Part shown: piece after piece, positions 9,950 to 19,338 of the stretch
How positions within the stretch are numbered: the stretch's first letter is position 1
Layout: each line of letters opens with the position of its first letter
DNA from: a virus
Virus record (IMG/VR): IMGVR_UViG_3300020060_000011
Location: 375 to 64,374 of that record
Length of the DNA stretch: 64,000 nt
Strand: one strand, 5' to 3'
Notes under the pieces: model-generated
Seen by the model: the letters and a program-made list of their open reading frames with translations, nothing else
What the model was told of the DNA's origin: nothing
The model's database searches: none
Translations under genes and position numbers: made by a program

Positions 9950-11829
9950 CAGCCGATCGTCTGCGAAGTGCTGTACGAACACGACTGCTGGAATGCCGTC
10001 GCGTCGCTAGCCGAGGCATTCATGTTGACGCTCGATGCGAACGAGGCGGTCAGCTGCGCCATGACTTGCGTCGCCGTTGCGATCGCGTGCTCCAGCGTCT
10101 GGCGCACCGACAGGTAGTTCTGTGCGTTGATTTCGCCGTTCTTCAGCGCGATCTCGGTGTTCTGCGCGTTCGCCGCATTCAGCGCACGGATCTTCTCGCC
10201 GAGCGCCGAGTTGAACGCCGAGTCCGCCGCGACCTGCGCGGTCAGCCGCTGCACGCGCGAGGTGTTGTCGGCGACCAGCGCCTGCCCCTTCGCCGTCTGG
10301 TAGTTGACGAGCGTGCTGATCCCTTCGAGCCGCGCCACGTAGCGCGCGGTCTCCGCCTGCAACGCCGCGATCTCGCCGCGCTGCCGGTCGATCTGCGCCT
10401 CGTACTTCGTCTTCCACGCGCCGACGTTCGTCGCGTAGGTCTGCGCGCGCGTCTGGAACGCCTGCTGGATCAGCCCCTGGCCCTGTAGCTCACCGTTCCA
10501 CACGTTGAGCTCAATCTGGTTCGCCTGCAGCTTGACCTGCTCGACGTCGATCGTCGTACGGTAGGCGTCGAGCTTGATCTTCTCGACGCCGGCCTTCTCG
10601 GAGTACGCCTGGATCTGGGCCAGATAAACAGAGACGTTCGTCTTCACCGCTTCGAGCCGCGCCGAGTAGATGCGCACGTCCTGCTCGTTGAGCTCGCCGA
10701 TCAGCTGTTGCGCTTTGATTTCTTCCGAATAAGCCTGCAGCTTGGCAAGCTCGGCTTGGATGCGCGTCTTGTAGACCTCGGCCTCGACCTGGTACACCGC
10801 GCCGGCGGCCTGGTACTGCGCAACCAGCGCGTTGTACACCGCGATCGCGATGTTGACGGCGACCTGCGCGGCCTGTAGGCGGCGGTTCTGGATCTCGTTG
10901 TAGAGGTTCGCCCACACGTTTTCCAGCGCAATGCCCTGCTGGATGCCGAACTTCAGCTGGTCAATTATCGTCTCGTGGACCTTGATCATGACGTCGCGGC
11001 CGAGCGACGCCTTCTTGTTCTGCGTGTTCTGGCGGATTGTTGCGAGCTTGGCGTTGAGCACGCCCGACGGAATCTCGAAGCCGCGCAGCGCCATCTCGTC
11101 GAACGCGTCTTCCGTCGCCGCGGCGGCGGCCTCGGCTTCACGCTCTGCCTCGCGCGCCCAGATCGCGTTCTCGACCACAAGCGGCAGGCCCGTCGTGCCG
11201 GCGTACATCGCCTGCAGGACCGTCTTGATCTCGTTGATCAGCAGCGGGTTGTACGCCTGCTCGGTGTAATTGAAGTCGGCCGCGTCCGGCGGCGTCGCGT
11301 CGAACACGGGCGGCGTCGCGGTGAACGGAATGCCGAAGTCGACGTCCGGCGGATCGGGCAGCACGATCTCGCGCAAGTCCGGGAACGGGATGCCACCGGT
11401 CAGGTCGCCGTAGGTCGGTGCCGGGTCGAACAGGGGCGCGTACGCCGGACCGAACGACGGGTGATAGGCCGCGATCGACGGCGGCAGCACCGGATTCGGT
11501 GCATCGCCCGGCGCCGTCGGCGCATCGTCCGGCAGCGCCGGCGTCGTGATCGTCACCGCGCCGATCGTCGGGATCGAGCCCGGATCGTCGAATACCACCT
11601 CGTTGAACTCGACTTCGCCGTCGGTCTCGCGGATGCCGTAGCCCTGGATCGGCGTCGGGTCGATGTGGAACGACACGTTGGCAATCTGATAGGTCGCCAG
11701 CTGCTCGGCCATCTCGAGCGTCGCGCGCAGCGTGTCGTCCACCCGATTGTTCATCGTGGTGATCTGGCTGAATATCTGCGGAGCGGTACCCAGTGGGGTT
11801 ACGCCGCAGCTGAATACGCCGTCTGCCAT
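9949..11829 (-). CDS. virion structural protein with Pro-rich linker and long coiled coil (tail or ejection)
   Basis: 626 aa, good codon bias, coupled within the late operon. Confidence 0.75.
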   Translation of the reverse strand: MADGVFSCGVTPLGTAPQIFSQITTMNNRVDDTLRATLEMAEQLATYQIANVSFHIDPTPIQGYGIRETDGEVEFNEVVFDDPGSIPTIGAVTITTPALPDDAPTAPGDAPNPVLPPSIAAYHPSFGPAYAPLFDPAPTYGDLTGGIPFPDLREIVLPDPPDVDFGIPFTATPPVFDATPPDAADFNYTEQAYNPLLINEIKTVLQAMYAGTTGLPLVVENAIWAREAEREAEAAAAATEDAFDEMALRGFEIPSGVLNAKLATIRQNTQNKKASLGRDVMIKVHETIIDQLKFGIQQGIALENVWANLYNEIQNRRLQAAQVAVNIAIAVYNALVAQYQAAGAVYQVEAEVYKTRIQAELAKLQAYSEEIKAQQLIGELNEQDVRIYSARLEAVKTNVSVYLAQIQAYSEKAGVEKIKLDAYRTTIDVEQVKLQANQIELNVWNGELQGQGLIQQAFQTRAQTYATNVGAWKTKYEAQIDRQRGEIAALQAETARYVARLEGISTLVNYQTAKGQALVADNTSRVQRLTAQVAADSAFNSALGEKIRALNAANAQNTEIALKNGEINAQNYLSVRQTLEHAIATATQVMAQLTASFASSVNMNASASDATAFQQSCSYSTSQTIG

Positions 11830-11830
11830 G

Positions 11831-13417
11831 TCACTTCCTCCGGTTCAGCGCCATGCGCCAAACCTTGATAACGTCGAGTTCGAAATCCGCGCCGTCGATA
11901 TTCACCAGCTCGAAATCCCAATATACCGAGTGCAGATTCTTGCTGATCTGGAATCGGTTGTCTGCGGTCGCATCACGCGAAATGGCGTTTACGGCGTAGC
12001 AGTTCACACGTTTCGTGCCGGCGTCGGTCGTGGTCACTTTCAGCGCCAGCCGTCCGTCGGACGTGTAGCCGATGTACGCGTAGGGCACTGCTTTCTTCAG
12101 CTGCGTGCCGAGCGCGTTGAGTCCTTTGCGCACGCTCGCGCTGATCTCGGCGCCGTCGTCGTCCGTGCCTTCGCAAAGGAACAGCCCCGCCTCGCTGGCG
12201 CCGTACAGGCGGCCACGGATCGTCGCGTAGGAATTGAAATTGAAATTGGTATATTCGCTCGGCGCCTGGCCGAGCAGCGTCATCGCGTAGACCGAGTAGG
12301 TGTCGCCGCCGACCTTGATACGGCCGGTGACGAGCCCGGTATCGAGCGCGTCGAGCAGCGCGGTCAGCTGCGTGCCGGTGTCGTCCAATGCCTCGACGCT
12401 GTCGTCGACCAGCGCGACAAGCCGGAGCTGTATGCCCGCTTCGTCGCTCGCGACCATCGCGTCCAGCACCTGCACCATCAGCGCGATGCGCGCGATCGCG
12501 GCGTCGTCCAGCGCTTCGAGGGTGTCCTCGACGCTGAGCGTGATAGCGAGGTCCGCGCGGTCGCCGAGCTCGGCAACCAGGGCGACGTAGAGCAGCGCAT
12601 TGGTGAACTGCGTGCCGGCGACGCCGGACGCGAACACCGCATCGGCGATCGCGAGCAGCTGGTTGAAAACGGCCTCAGGGTCGTCCTCGACCTCGGCCTG
12701 CGACGCGGCGATCAGCTGGTAGATGCCGAGGCCGAAGTCGCTGGCGCTCACCTCGTCGGCGATGAAGCACAGGCTGTTGAGCCCGGCCGAGATCGCGGCA
12801 ACGGCGACCAGCCGCTCGCCGATGCTGATGGTGAGCAGATCCTCGGCGACGTCGCTGGCGAGGAAGCTGTCCTCGATAATCAGCGGCGGCAGACTCGCCG
12901 GTCCCATCGTCGCGTAGGCGTAGCCCGTCGACTGCAGGATCGAGAAGAAGCGGTCGTACTCGAACGCCTCGTAGGACAGCAGCGTGATGCGTGGCAGCTG
13001 GCTGGCGACGACATTCTCGGCGTCGCTCGCGAACGCGCGCATCAGCGGCAGCGTCGTGTTGACTTCGCCCTTGATCGTCTTGTAGCCGCTCGCTGCCAGC
13101 TGGATCGTCGGCAGATTGGTGAAGCCGATATTCAGACCAACGTCGAAGCCCGCGTTACGCGCGTACGCCTGCACATTCGGCAGCTGGGTGAACGCGGTGT
13201 TGTGCGAGCCCGAAGCGAACAGCTGCATCGGCGGCAACGTCGATGCGATGGCGCCTTTCTTCGTGACGATGCCGGACGCCACGCAGCCGATACGCGGCAG
13301 CTGACTGAAGACGACGTTCTCGGCATCGAGCGCGCGCGCCTTGACCAGCGGCAGCGCGCTATCAGCGGCGCCGACCTCCTGGCCGCTGGTGAATGTCTCG
13401 AAGATAATCTCGCTCAT
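11831..13417 (-). CDS. tail-associated structural protein with internal LPxxxxxA repeats
   Basis: ATGA overlap with the upstream stop gives start MSEIIFETF; 528 aa. Confidence 0.7.
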   Translation of the reverse strand: MSEIIFETFTSGQEVGAADSALPLVKARALDAENVVFSQLPRIGCVASGIVTKKGAIASTLPPMQLFASGSHNTAFTQLPNVQAYARNAGFDVGLNIGFTNLPTIQLAASGYKTIKGEVNTTLPLMRAFASDAENVVASQLPRITLLSYEAFEYDRFFSILQSTGYAYATMGPASLPPLIIEDSFLASDVAEDLLTISIGERLVAVAAISAGLNSLCFIADEVSASDFGLGIYQLIAASQAEVEDDPEAVFNQLLAIADAVFASGVAGTQFTNALLYVALVAELGDRADLAITLSVEDTLEALDDAAIARIALMVQVLDAMVASDEAGIQLRLVALVDDSVEALDDTGTQLTALLDALDTGLVTGRIKVGGDTYSVYAMTLLGQAPSEYTNFNFNSYATIRGRLYGASEAGLFLCEGTDDDGAEISASVRKGLNALGTQLKKAVPYAYIGYTSDGRLALKVTTTDAGTKRVNCYAVNAISRDATADNRFQISKNLHSVYWDFELVNIDGADFELDVIKVWRMALNRRK

Positions 13418-13905
13418 CGCACGGTGTCTCCCGATAGGTAGAGACACGCGTTGACGACCTTCGCACTAGAAGACCGCGCCGCGGACTGGTACGAAAAGGC
13501 GAGACCGGCGCTGCCGGTGACGAAGTACGACACGCGGGCGCCGACCCGGCGCACTTCGAACAGCGCGCCCGACGGCACCTGTTGCTCCGGCGTCCGGCGC
13601 GTGCCGTTCTCGATCACGCAGAAGTACGCCGTGCCGAACACCGTCGACTGGATCAGGAACCCGTGCTCGATCAACTCCGGCTGCGTCTGCAGCACGCGCG
13701 TGCCCTTGAAGCCGATGCCGATGCCGGCGGGGTTCGGCTCCGTGCTGAAAAGAGTGTGGAAGCTGCCGCCCAGCGCGACGATCGAGTTCGCGCCGGCGTT
13801 CCAGCCGACGATCGCCGTGCGCTCGATGTGCGCCGGAATGCCCGGCACGTGCGGGATCGCCGGGCAGTCGACGCAACCTGTGCTGGGGTTCGTTACGCAG
13901 CTCAT
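13414..13905 (-). CDS. tail-associated protein
   Basis: 163 aa, coupled to both neighbours. Confidence 0.65.
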   Translation of the reverse strand: MSCVTNPSTGCVDCPAIPHVPGIPAHIERTAIVGWNAGANSIVALGGSFHTLFSTEPNPAGIGIGFKGTRVLQTQPELIEHGFLIQSTVFGTAYFCVIENGTRRTPEQQVPSGALFEVRRVGARVSYFVTGSAGLAFSYQSAARSSSAKVVNACLYLSGDTVR

Positions 13906-14141
13906 CAGTAGCAGTACTGCTCAGGATGGGTGAAGTCCGGCGGCGGACCGCCGGGCACGATGATGACGATGCAGCACTGACCGGCGCCCGGCGTGCAGCC
14001 GCCGCCGGACGAGCCGCCACCACCCGGCAGACCGCCCGGCGGTGGCTCGGGCGGGCACGAGTGCGACGCCGGCTGCCCTTCGATCTCGGGCACACCGGGT
14101 ACGAACACGAGCGTGGTGTTCTTGACGAGCATTAGTGGCAA
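13905..14141 (-). CDS. small Cys/Pro/Gly-rich tail-region protein
   Basis: 78-aa ORF fills the gap with coupled stop/start. Confidence 0.55.
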   Translation of the reverse strand: MPLMLVKNTTLVFVPGVPEIEGQPASHSCPPEPPPGGLPGGGGSSGGGCTPGAGQCCIVIIVPGGPPPDFTHPEQYCY

Positions 14142-14650
14142 TACTCCAAGGTAGCCCGGATGTCGCAGAACATGCCCGTATTCGTTTCGACGTTGATCGA
14201 CACCATGCCGCCCATCGGGGCCGCGTCGATGTCGATGAAAAGATCGACCAGCGGGATCACGAACTTGTTCGGCTCGCCGTCAACCGGCGCCATCTCCAGC
14301 TCGCCGATAGCGAAGTACGCCGTGTCGAAATCCGGGTCGCTGTCGAAGTCGTAATCCGGCGGCACGCCGGTGCTGCCTCCGACCAACAGGCAGCAGCCGT
14401 TGTCGCACTCTGCCGTAGGCGTCTTCGCTACGCCGCTTCGGATCGTCGCGAAGCTCGCTCCACCAAGCTCGGTGAAATCGAGGATCAGCGCTTCACCGCC
14501 GCCTTCGGCGAAACCGAACGTGCCGAAGTCTGCCGGCTCGGAGCGGCCCGTGCCGAACGCGTAGACCTCCGCGCCGACGAACGCCGTCCCGCAGTCATCC
14601 GCTGCACACTCTTCGTGGCAATTCGCGAAGTCTTGCCAGAAGCAGGTCAT
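14132..14650 (-). CDS. acidic Cys-containing tail-region protein
   Basis: 172 aa, good codon bias. Confidence 0.65.
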   Translation of the reverse strand: MTCFWQDFANCHEECAADDCGTAFVGAEVYAFGTGRSEPADFGTFGFAEGGGEALILDFTELGGASFATIRSGVAKTPTAECDNGCCLLVGGSTGVPPDYDFDSDPDFDTAYFAIGELEMAPVDGEPNKFVIPLVDLFIDIDAAPMGGMVSINVETNTGMFCDIRATLEYCH

Positions 14651-14654
14651 CGGA

Positions 14655-15122
14655 TTACTGCTGGACGGTCGGCAGGTTCAGCTGAATGTCGGTCAGCGTC
14701 AGGTCTTCCGTGGCGACCAGCGACGGGTCGGTGAGGAACATGTCGTACGTCATGTCGTCGCCGATCGTGCCCTGCACGCGATGATCCGAGCCGCCGGCGG
14801 CGCCGGTGCCGTCGTCGCTGCCGATGCAGACGCGGAAAAACGTCGCCGTGCCGGTGGTATCGATCTCGCCGCTGGCGACATCCGCCGTCGTCTTGCGCAG
14901 CACGCCGTTGGTCGACGTCGCCTGCCAGGTGAGGTTCGTCGAGCCGTCGCCGTCCTTGGTCATCGAGACCAGGAGGTCGGACGAACCGTCGATCGCCTCT
15001 TCGGCGGTGGCGGGAACCGGGCCGGAGAAGATCCGGATCTTGTAGTTGTTGATCAGAGAGCGCAGCGAGCCCGTCACCATCATGGCGTTCGGGATGCTCT
15101 GCGTGAGGATGGCGAAAGGCAT
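14655..15122 (-). CDS. tail-associated beta-rich protein (paralog 1)
   Basis: MPFAILTQ start with GGAG RBS; IRIFSGPVPATAEEA motif shared with the neighbour. Confidence 0.7.
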   Translation of the reverse strand: MPFAILTQSIPNAMMVTGSLRSLINNYKIRIFSGPVPATAEEAIDGSSDLLVSMTKDGDGSTNLTWQATSTNGVLRKTTADVASGEIDTTGTATFFRVCIGSDDGTGAAGGSDHRVQGTIGDDMTYDMFLTDPSLVATEDLTLTDIQLNLPTVQQ

Positions 15123-15124
15123 GG

Positions 15125-15577
15125 TTATGCTCCTACGACGGGCGGGATGGTGTAGGTAAAGGCATCGATCGAGTACTGGAGTCCCGCCGTAACCCCCAGT
15201 GCGTCGACGATGAATTCGGCCCCGCTGCCGGGGTCGGTGCTGATGGTTCCGTCGATGCGCGCGGCGTTGAACGACTGGCTGCCGGTGTCGGCCGGGTCTT
15301 TCACCAGGCGCCACCAGCCCATCGATCCGGTCACATCCGCGGTGAGCATCCACGAGTCGAAAAGGTCTTTGATCAGGTACGGACCCTGCGCAACGAAGTC
15401 GAGGCCGACGCCGGCGGCACCGTTTTTCGTGATGACGCCGAGCAGCGTGCCGATCTCGGCGTCGTCGGCCGTGTCGGGCGGCGAGCCGGTGAAGATCCGG
15501 ATCACGCCGCCGTCGAACACCTCTTTCAGCGCAGCGATGACCGCGACCTTGGTTTCGGTGGAGACTTGAAGCGTCAT
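15125..15577 (-). CDS. tail-associated beta-rich protein (paralog 2)
   Basis: MTLQVSTE start by ATGA overlap; IRIFTGSPPDTADDA motif. Confidence 0.7.
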   Translation of the reverse strand: MTLQVSTETKVAVIAALKEVFDGGVIRIFTGSPPDTADDAEIGTLLGVITKNGAAGVGLDFVAQGPYLIKDLFDSWMLTADVTGSMGWWRLVKDPADTGSQSFNAARIDGTISTDPGSGAEFIVDALGVTAGLQYSIDAFTYTIPPVVGA

Positions 15578-18465
15578 ACGGCCCTCGCGTACAAGGTGCG
15601 CGGCTTCTCGCCGGGAATTCGAAGCATGCTGATGAGCGAGTCCTCGTCGGCGAACGACGCCTGCATCCAGCCGCCGCGACACTCGGCGTCGCCTTCGAGC
15701 AGCGTGGTCAGAGCCGAGCCGGGCGTCGGTACGCACGACCAGTCGAGATCGACGTACACCTCGCAGTCCGAGCTCGGTGACGTCACCCGGTAGCGCGTGG
15801 ACTCTTGCGGCTGCACGATGTAGGACGCCAGCCAGTCCTCGCGCGTGCGCGCGTAGCTCGGCACCATCACCGCGTTTTGGGAGAGTTCCAACTGCGTACC
15901 GATCCAGTACGCGGCCGGTGTCGGCGCCGGCGCCGTCTGGTAGCAGAAAGCGAAGAGACTGAAGACCGTGCCGTCCGGATTCGAAAAACCGCGCTCGGAG
16001 AGCAGATCGCCGCCGCGGTAGACCAGCACCTTCGCTACGGTGTCCGCGGCGTTGTTGTACCAGCAGGCGAACTCGGAGTTGGCGGTGGTGAAGGTTCCGT
16101 TGAACTCGAAGAACTGGACGACGCCGAAGCAGGCGACGGCCTGGTCCTTGACGTCGAGCACCGAGGGCATGAAGACGTAGGGAAGGCGATCGGTGTCCTC
16201 GCGAGCAACAGCACAACTGAAGCGAGTGCCGACCGCGTAAGTGCCGGGGGCATAGTGGTAATTCCCGTTGAACGAAAACGCCGAGTAGTAGGTCGAGGGC
16301 GTGTTCGGACTGACGTTGAACGGATTCAGCAGATAGGTGACGTGGCAGTACGACAGGTTGTCGTCCGCGTCGTAGCCGGCCGCGATCGGCGCGGTCACGA
16401 CCAGCCAGTCGCCGCTCGCGTCGCCGACGTCGATGTTCTGCGGCGTGACACCATCCGGCTGGGCGAAGAACGTCAGGTCCGGCACGATGTCGTCGCCGGC
16501 GGCCGAGGCCACCAGCTCGAGCTCCAGCGCGCGCGCGTAGGTGCCGTTGGTGACGAACACCGATACCTCGCTCGCGCTGCGGTACAGGTCGACGTAGTCG
16601 TCGTACTCGCCGAAGTCGCGCAGGCACACGGCTTTGGTCGCCGCGGCGTTGAACGTCCACTGCGATGCGTACTTGAGGTGGTTCTGCGTACTCTCGGTGG
16701 CGACGTCGACCAGCTCGCCGCCGCGCCACGAGTAAGGACTGTTGACCACGTCCCACGGAAAGCCTTCGTCCTCGTCGCCGTACACACCGCGGATCGTCGA
16801 CTGCGGATTGAACGGAATGCCGCTCTCCAGCGGAATGTCGCACCACCACACGCGCAGATACCGCGTCATGCCGTTGATCTTCTGATTCGACGGCTGATCG
16901 TCCTCGTGATGGACGAGCGCGATCAGGCGGTAGGTCGCCGGCGTCAGCGTCGTCGCTTCGTATTTGCGCACCGCCGCAGCCCATACCCAGCCGCCGTTCG
17001 GCACGACGCCGATCGCACGCCCACGGCAGAAGATCCGGCCGTCGAGCGCCGGGACGCCGGCGTTGCGGTAGTCGAACTCGTTGTTGTTCGCGGCCTCGTC
17101 GGCGTAGCGGTAGCGCAACCAGAAGAGCTCATCGCTCGCATCGCGCAGATCCGTGAGCATGGTCAGTGGATCGACGGGCGGGATCGCCGGGTCGGTGTTG
17201 TTGAACGTCGCCGGCCAGGTCTCCCAGCAGAGGTTCACCGACGCGAAGCCGAAGAACGAAAGGATCGGAATCTCCGGCTCGCTGGAAATCCACTGCCGGT
17301 TGCCGCACTGAATCCACTGCGTGCGGTGGACGAACTCCTGCACGGCGACCGGGTGCTTGAAGCCGAGGAACGTCGAGGTGAACGCCTTGTCGTAGACCGT
17401 CGACTCGATGTTCGCCAGATGCTCCGGGGATGCGATCCACGCGGCGTATGCCTCGGCCGCGGAGATATCCGAACCGGGCACGAAGTCGTAGATGTTCGAT
17501 CCGTTCGGGTCGACGCCGATGATCGTCGAGGACACCGCGTTCGCCGCCGCGTTCTCGCCACCGCCGCCCGAAGGCTCGTTGCGCGAGTTCGACTCGTCGG
17601 GATCGACATAGCTGGTAAAGCCGTCTTTCTCGATGCGATCGGGGTAGGTCGCGTACGTCTCGGGGAACGTCCCCGCGTAGTGGCCGAGCGTGTGCGTGGC
17701 GAACATGATCTCCGCCGACGCCTGCGCGGAGTCGTAGTAACCGCGGATCGGCAGCAGCAGCGGATCGCGGCCGGCGTCGAAACGATGATCGTTGACCGCT
17801 TCGAACGCAAGGCGCTTCTGCAGGTTGATGAACGTCTGCTCGCCGATCGGCGCGTCGGGGCTCTGCGCGGTGAAGTCGACGAACTCCATGCGGTACGCCG
17901 CCCAGGTGTCCGTCGCGTCGTTGCGCAGCTCGAACGCCTTCAGCGGCTTGAGCCCGTAGTCGATGCGGAAATACATCGGCGGCACGAGCGAGGCCGGGCG
18001 CTTCGGGTATCCGGCGTCCTTGTCTTTCGACAGCAGCACCTGTCCGAGCGCGCCGTGGTCGGTCCAGCGCTCCGGGTCGACACCGGGTGCGAGGTTCGGC
18101 GGATCGTAGGGGCCGACACCGATCGCGTCGCTCGGAAGCACCGGTGCGCCCCAGCCATCGGCCGACGCATCGGACGCGGGGTACGTGATGAAGCCGCGCG
18201 GCGCCCACAGATCCACGTCGACGATGACGCCGCCGTTGATCGCCGGCGGCACGCGAATTGTTACCGCGGGCTCCGTGCCATCGAACGATGCCTCAATTTC
18301 GACGACGCCGGGCAGTCGCCGGAACCGCTTCCCCGAACGGATGTTCGCCTCACCCAGCTCGCCCATGAGCAAGCCGAGGAGGCCGCGGGCTTCGCCTACA
18401 TAAGGCGCCGCCAACGTCGGGTCGCCTTCATAGCGAATCCGAGCCGGGAAGTGGTGCCGATACAT
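15574..18465 (-). CDS. large tail protein containing a CAP/SCP-like domain
   Basis: 963 aa from MYRHHFP (TGATG overlap); VNDHR..GRDPL..AQASAEIM..GH..GENAA..W.ASPEHLANI matches the CAP signature. Confidence 0.75.
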   Translation of the reverse strand: MYRHHFPARIRYEGDPTLAAPYVGEARGLLGLLMGELGEANIRSGKRFRRLPGVVEIEASFDGTEPAVTIRVPPAINGGVIVDVDLWAPRGFITYPASDASADGWGAPVLPSDAIGVGPYDPPNLAPGVDPERWTDHGALGQVLLSKDKDAGYPKRPASLVPPMYFRIDYGLKPLKAFELRNDATDTWAAYRMEFVDFTAQSPDAPIGEQTFINLQKRLAFEAVNDHRFDAGRDPLLLPIRGYYDSAQASAEIMFATHTLGHYAGTFPETYATYPDRIEKDGFTSYVDPDESNSRNEPSGGGGENAAANAVSSTIIGVDPNGSNIYDFVPGSDISAAEAYAAWIASPEHLANIESTVYDKAFTSTFLGFKHPVAVQEFVHRTQWIQCGNRQWISSEPEIPILSFFGFASVNLCWETWPATFNNTDPAIPPVDPLTMLTDLRDASDELFWLRYRYADEAANNNEFDYRNAGVPALDGRIFCRGRAIGVVPNGGWVWAAAVRKYEATTLTPATYRLIALVHHEDDQPSNQKINGMTRYLRVWWCDIPLESGIPFNPQSTIRGVYGDEDEGFPWDVVNSPYSWRGGELVDVATESTQNHLKYASQWTFNAAATKAVCLRDFGEYDDYVDLYRSASEVSVFVTNGTYARALELELVASAAGDDIVPDLTFFAQPDGVTPQNIDVGDASGDWLVVTAPIAAGYDADDNLSYCHVTYLLNPFNVSPNTPSTYYSAFSFNGNYHYAPGTYAVGTRFSCAVAREDTDRLPYVFMPSVLDVKDQAVACFGVVQFFEFNGTFTTANSEFACWYNNAADTVAKVLVYRGGDLLSERGFSNPDGTVFSLFAFCYQTAPAPTPAAYWIGTQLELSQNAVMVPSYARTREDWLASYIVQPQESTRYRVTSPSSDCEVYVDLDWSCVPTPGSALTTLLEGDAECRGGWMQASFADEDSLISMLRIPGEKPRTLYARAV

Positions 18466-19049
18466 CAGGCATTCGACAGGGTGACGGAGTAGCGAAGACC
18501 GAGGACGTCGCCGTCCACGAGGCCCGTTCGCGCCGTAGCGAGCAGCGCGCACGCGGCGAGCACGCCGGTCGTCGCGCTCTTCGCCGACGCCGAGATCAGC
18601 GCGAGCCCGTAGATCGCCGTCTGCGCACCGCCCGCGACCGTGATCGTCACCGAGGTTGCGGCGTTCGAGATCACGCCGGCCGCCGCCGCAGCGTTAGTCC
18701 ACAGTGCGCGCGTCACCTCGTCGTAATTGGTGAACTCGGTCTGCGTCGCGGTGAAGTTCGCCGCGGTCAGCGAGTCCGTCGGCGCGGTGTTCGTCGCGAA
18801 AGGCGCGAAGTACCAGGCGTCTTCGGGGCTGAACGCGGAGCCGCCGAGGAACGCGTTGAGCGCGTTGTTGCGGCCGAGCATCGGCAACATGTTGAGACCA
18901 GGCTCCCAGCGACCGCCGTTGAGCGACGTTTCGAAGATGCCGCCGCCGGCGATCTTCGAATCCGGGAACAGGACGCCGTCTTCCGTGATTTCGTAGCGAT
19001 TGCGCTCGACGGCCTTGCGGAGCTCGCGCACCAGTTTGGGGTTCATCAT
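18465..19049 (-). CDS. tail-associated structural protein
   Basis: MMNPKLVRE start with GAGG RBS; Thr/Ala-rich beta protein. Confidence 0.7.
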   Translation of the reverse strand: MMNPKLVRELRKAVERNRYEITEDGVLFPDSKIAGGGIFETSLNGGRWEPGLNMLPMLGRNNALNAFLGGSAFSPEDAWYFAPFATNTAPTDSLTAANFTATQTEFTNYDEVTRALWTNAAAAAGVISNAATSVTITVAGGAQTAIYGLALISASAKSATTGVLAACALLATARTGLVDGDVLGLRYSVTLSNA

Positions 19050-19056
19050 AACTACC

Positions 19057-19338
19057 TCACCATTTGCCGAGCGGACACTTTTCCGCGGGAATTGCCGTTT
19101 TGAACTTGCAGATGCAACCGCACTTTGTGCACACGAGCACGCCGATAACCGACTTACTCGCCTCGCACGCATGACAAATTTCCAGGCGCTCCGCTTTCGA
19201 AAGCCGTGCATCGCTTTTCTGGACGCCGGGTTCGATGCGCCGTACCGGCGCGGCCTGTACGCCGCGCGTCGAGCGCGCAACGATCACTGGCTTCAGCGCC
19301 GGAATCTCGATGCTGGTACGGAGCGACGGCGTCTTCAT
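19057..19338 (-). CDS. DUF6171-like zinc-binding protein
   Basis: RLEICHAC...CTKCGC..KFKT.....KCPLGKW signature. Confidence 0.7.
   Translation of the reverse strand: MKTPSLRTSIEIPALKPVIVARSTRGVQAAPVRRIEPGVQKSDARLSKAERLEICHACEASKSVIGVLVCTKCGCICKFKTAIPAEKCPLGKW

Noticed and set aside
15805-18492. 895-aa plus-strand ORF (and similar long antisense ORFs at 935-2371, 4271-5788, 6362-8062, 11732-13441, 19206-21683, 26051-27799)
   Set aside because: Shadow ORFs opposite genuine high-GC genes; Arg/Val-rich nonsense composition with no RBS or motifs
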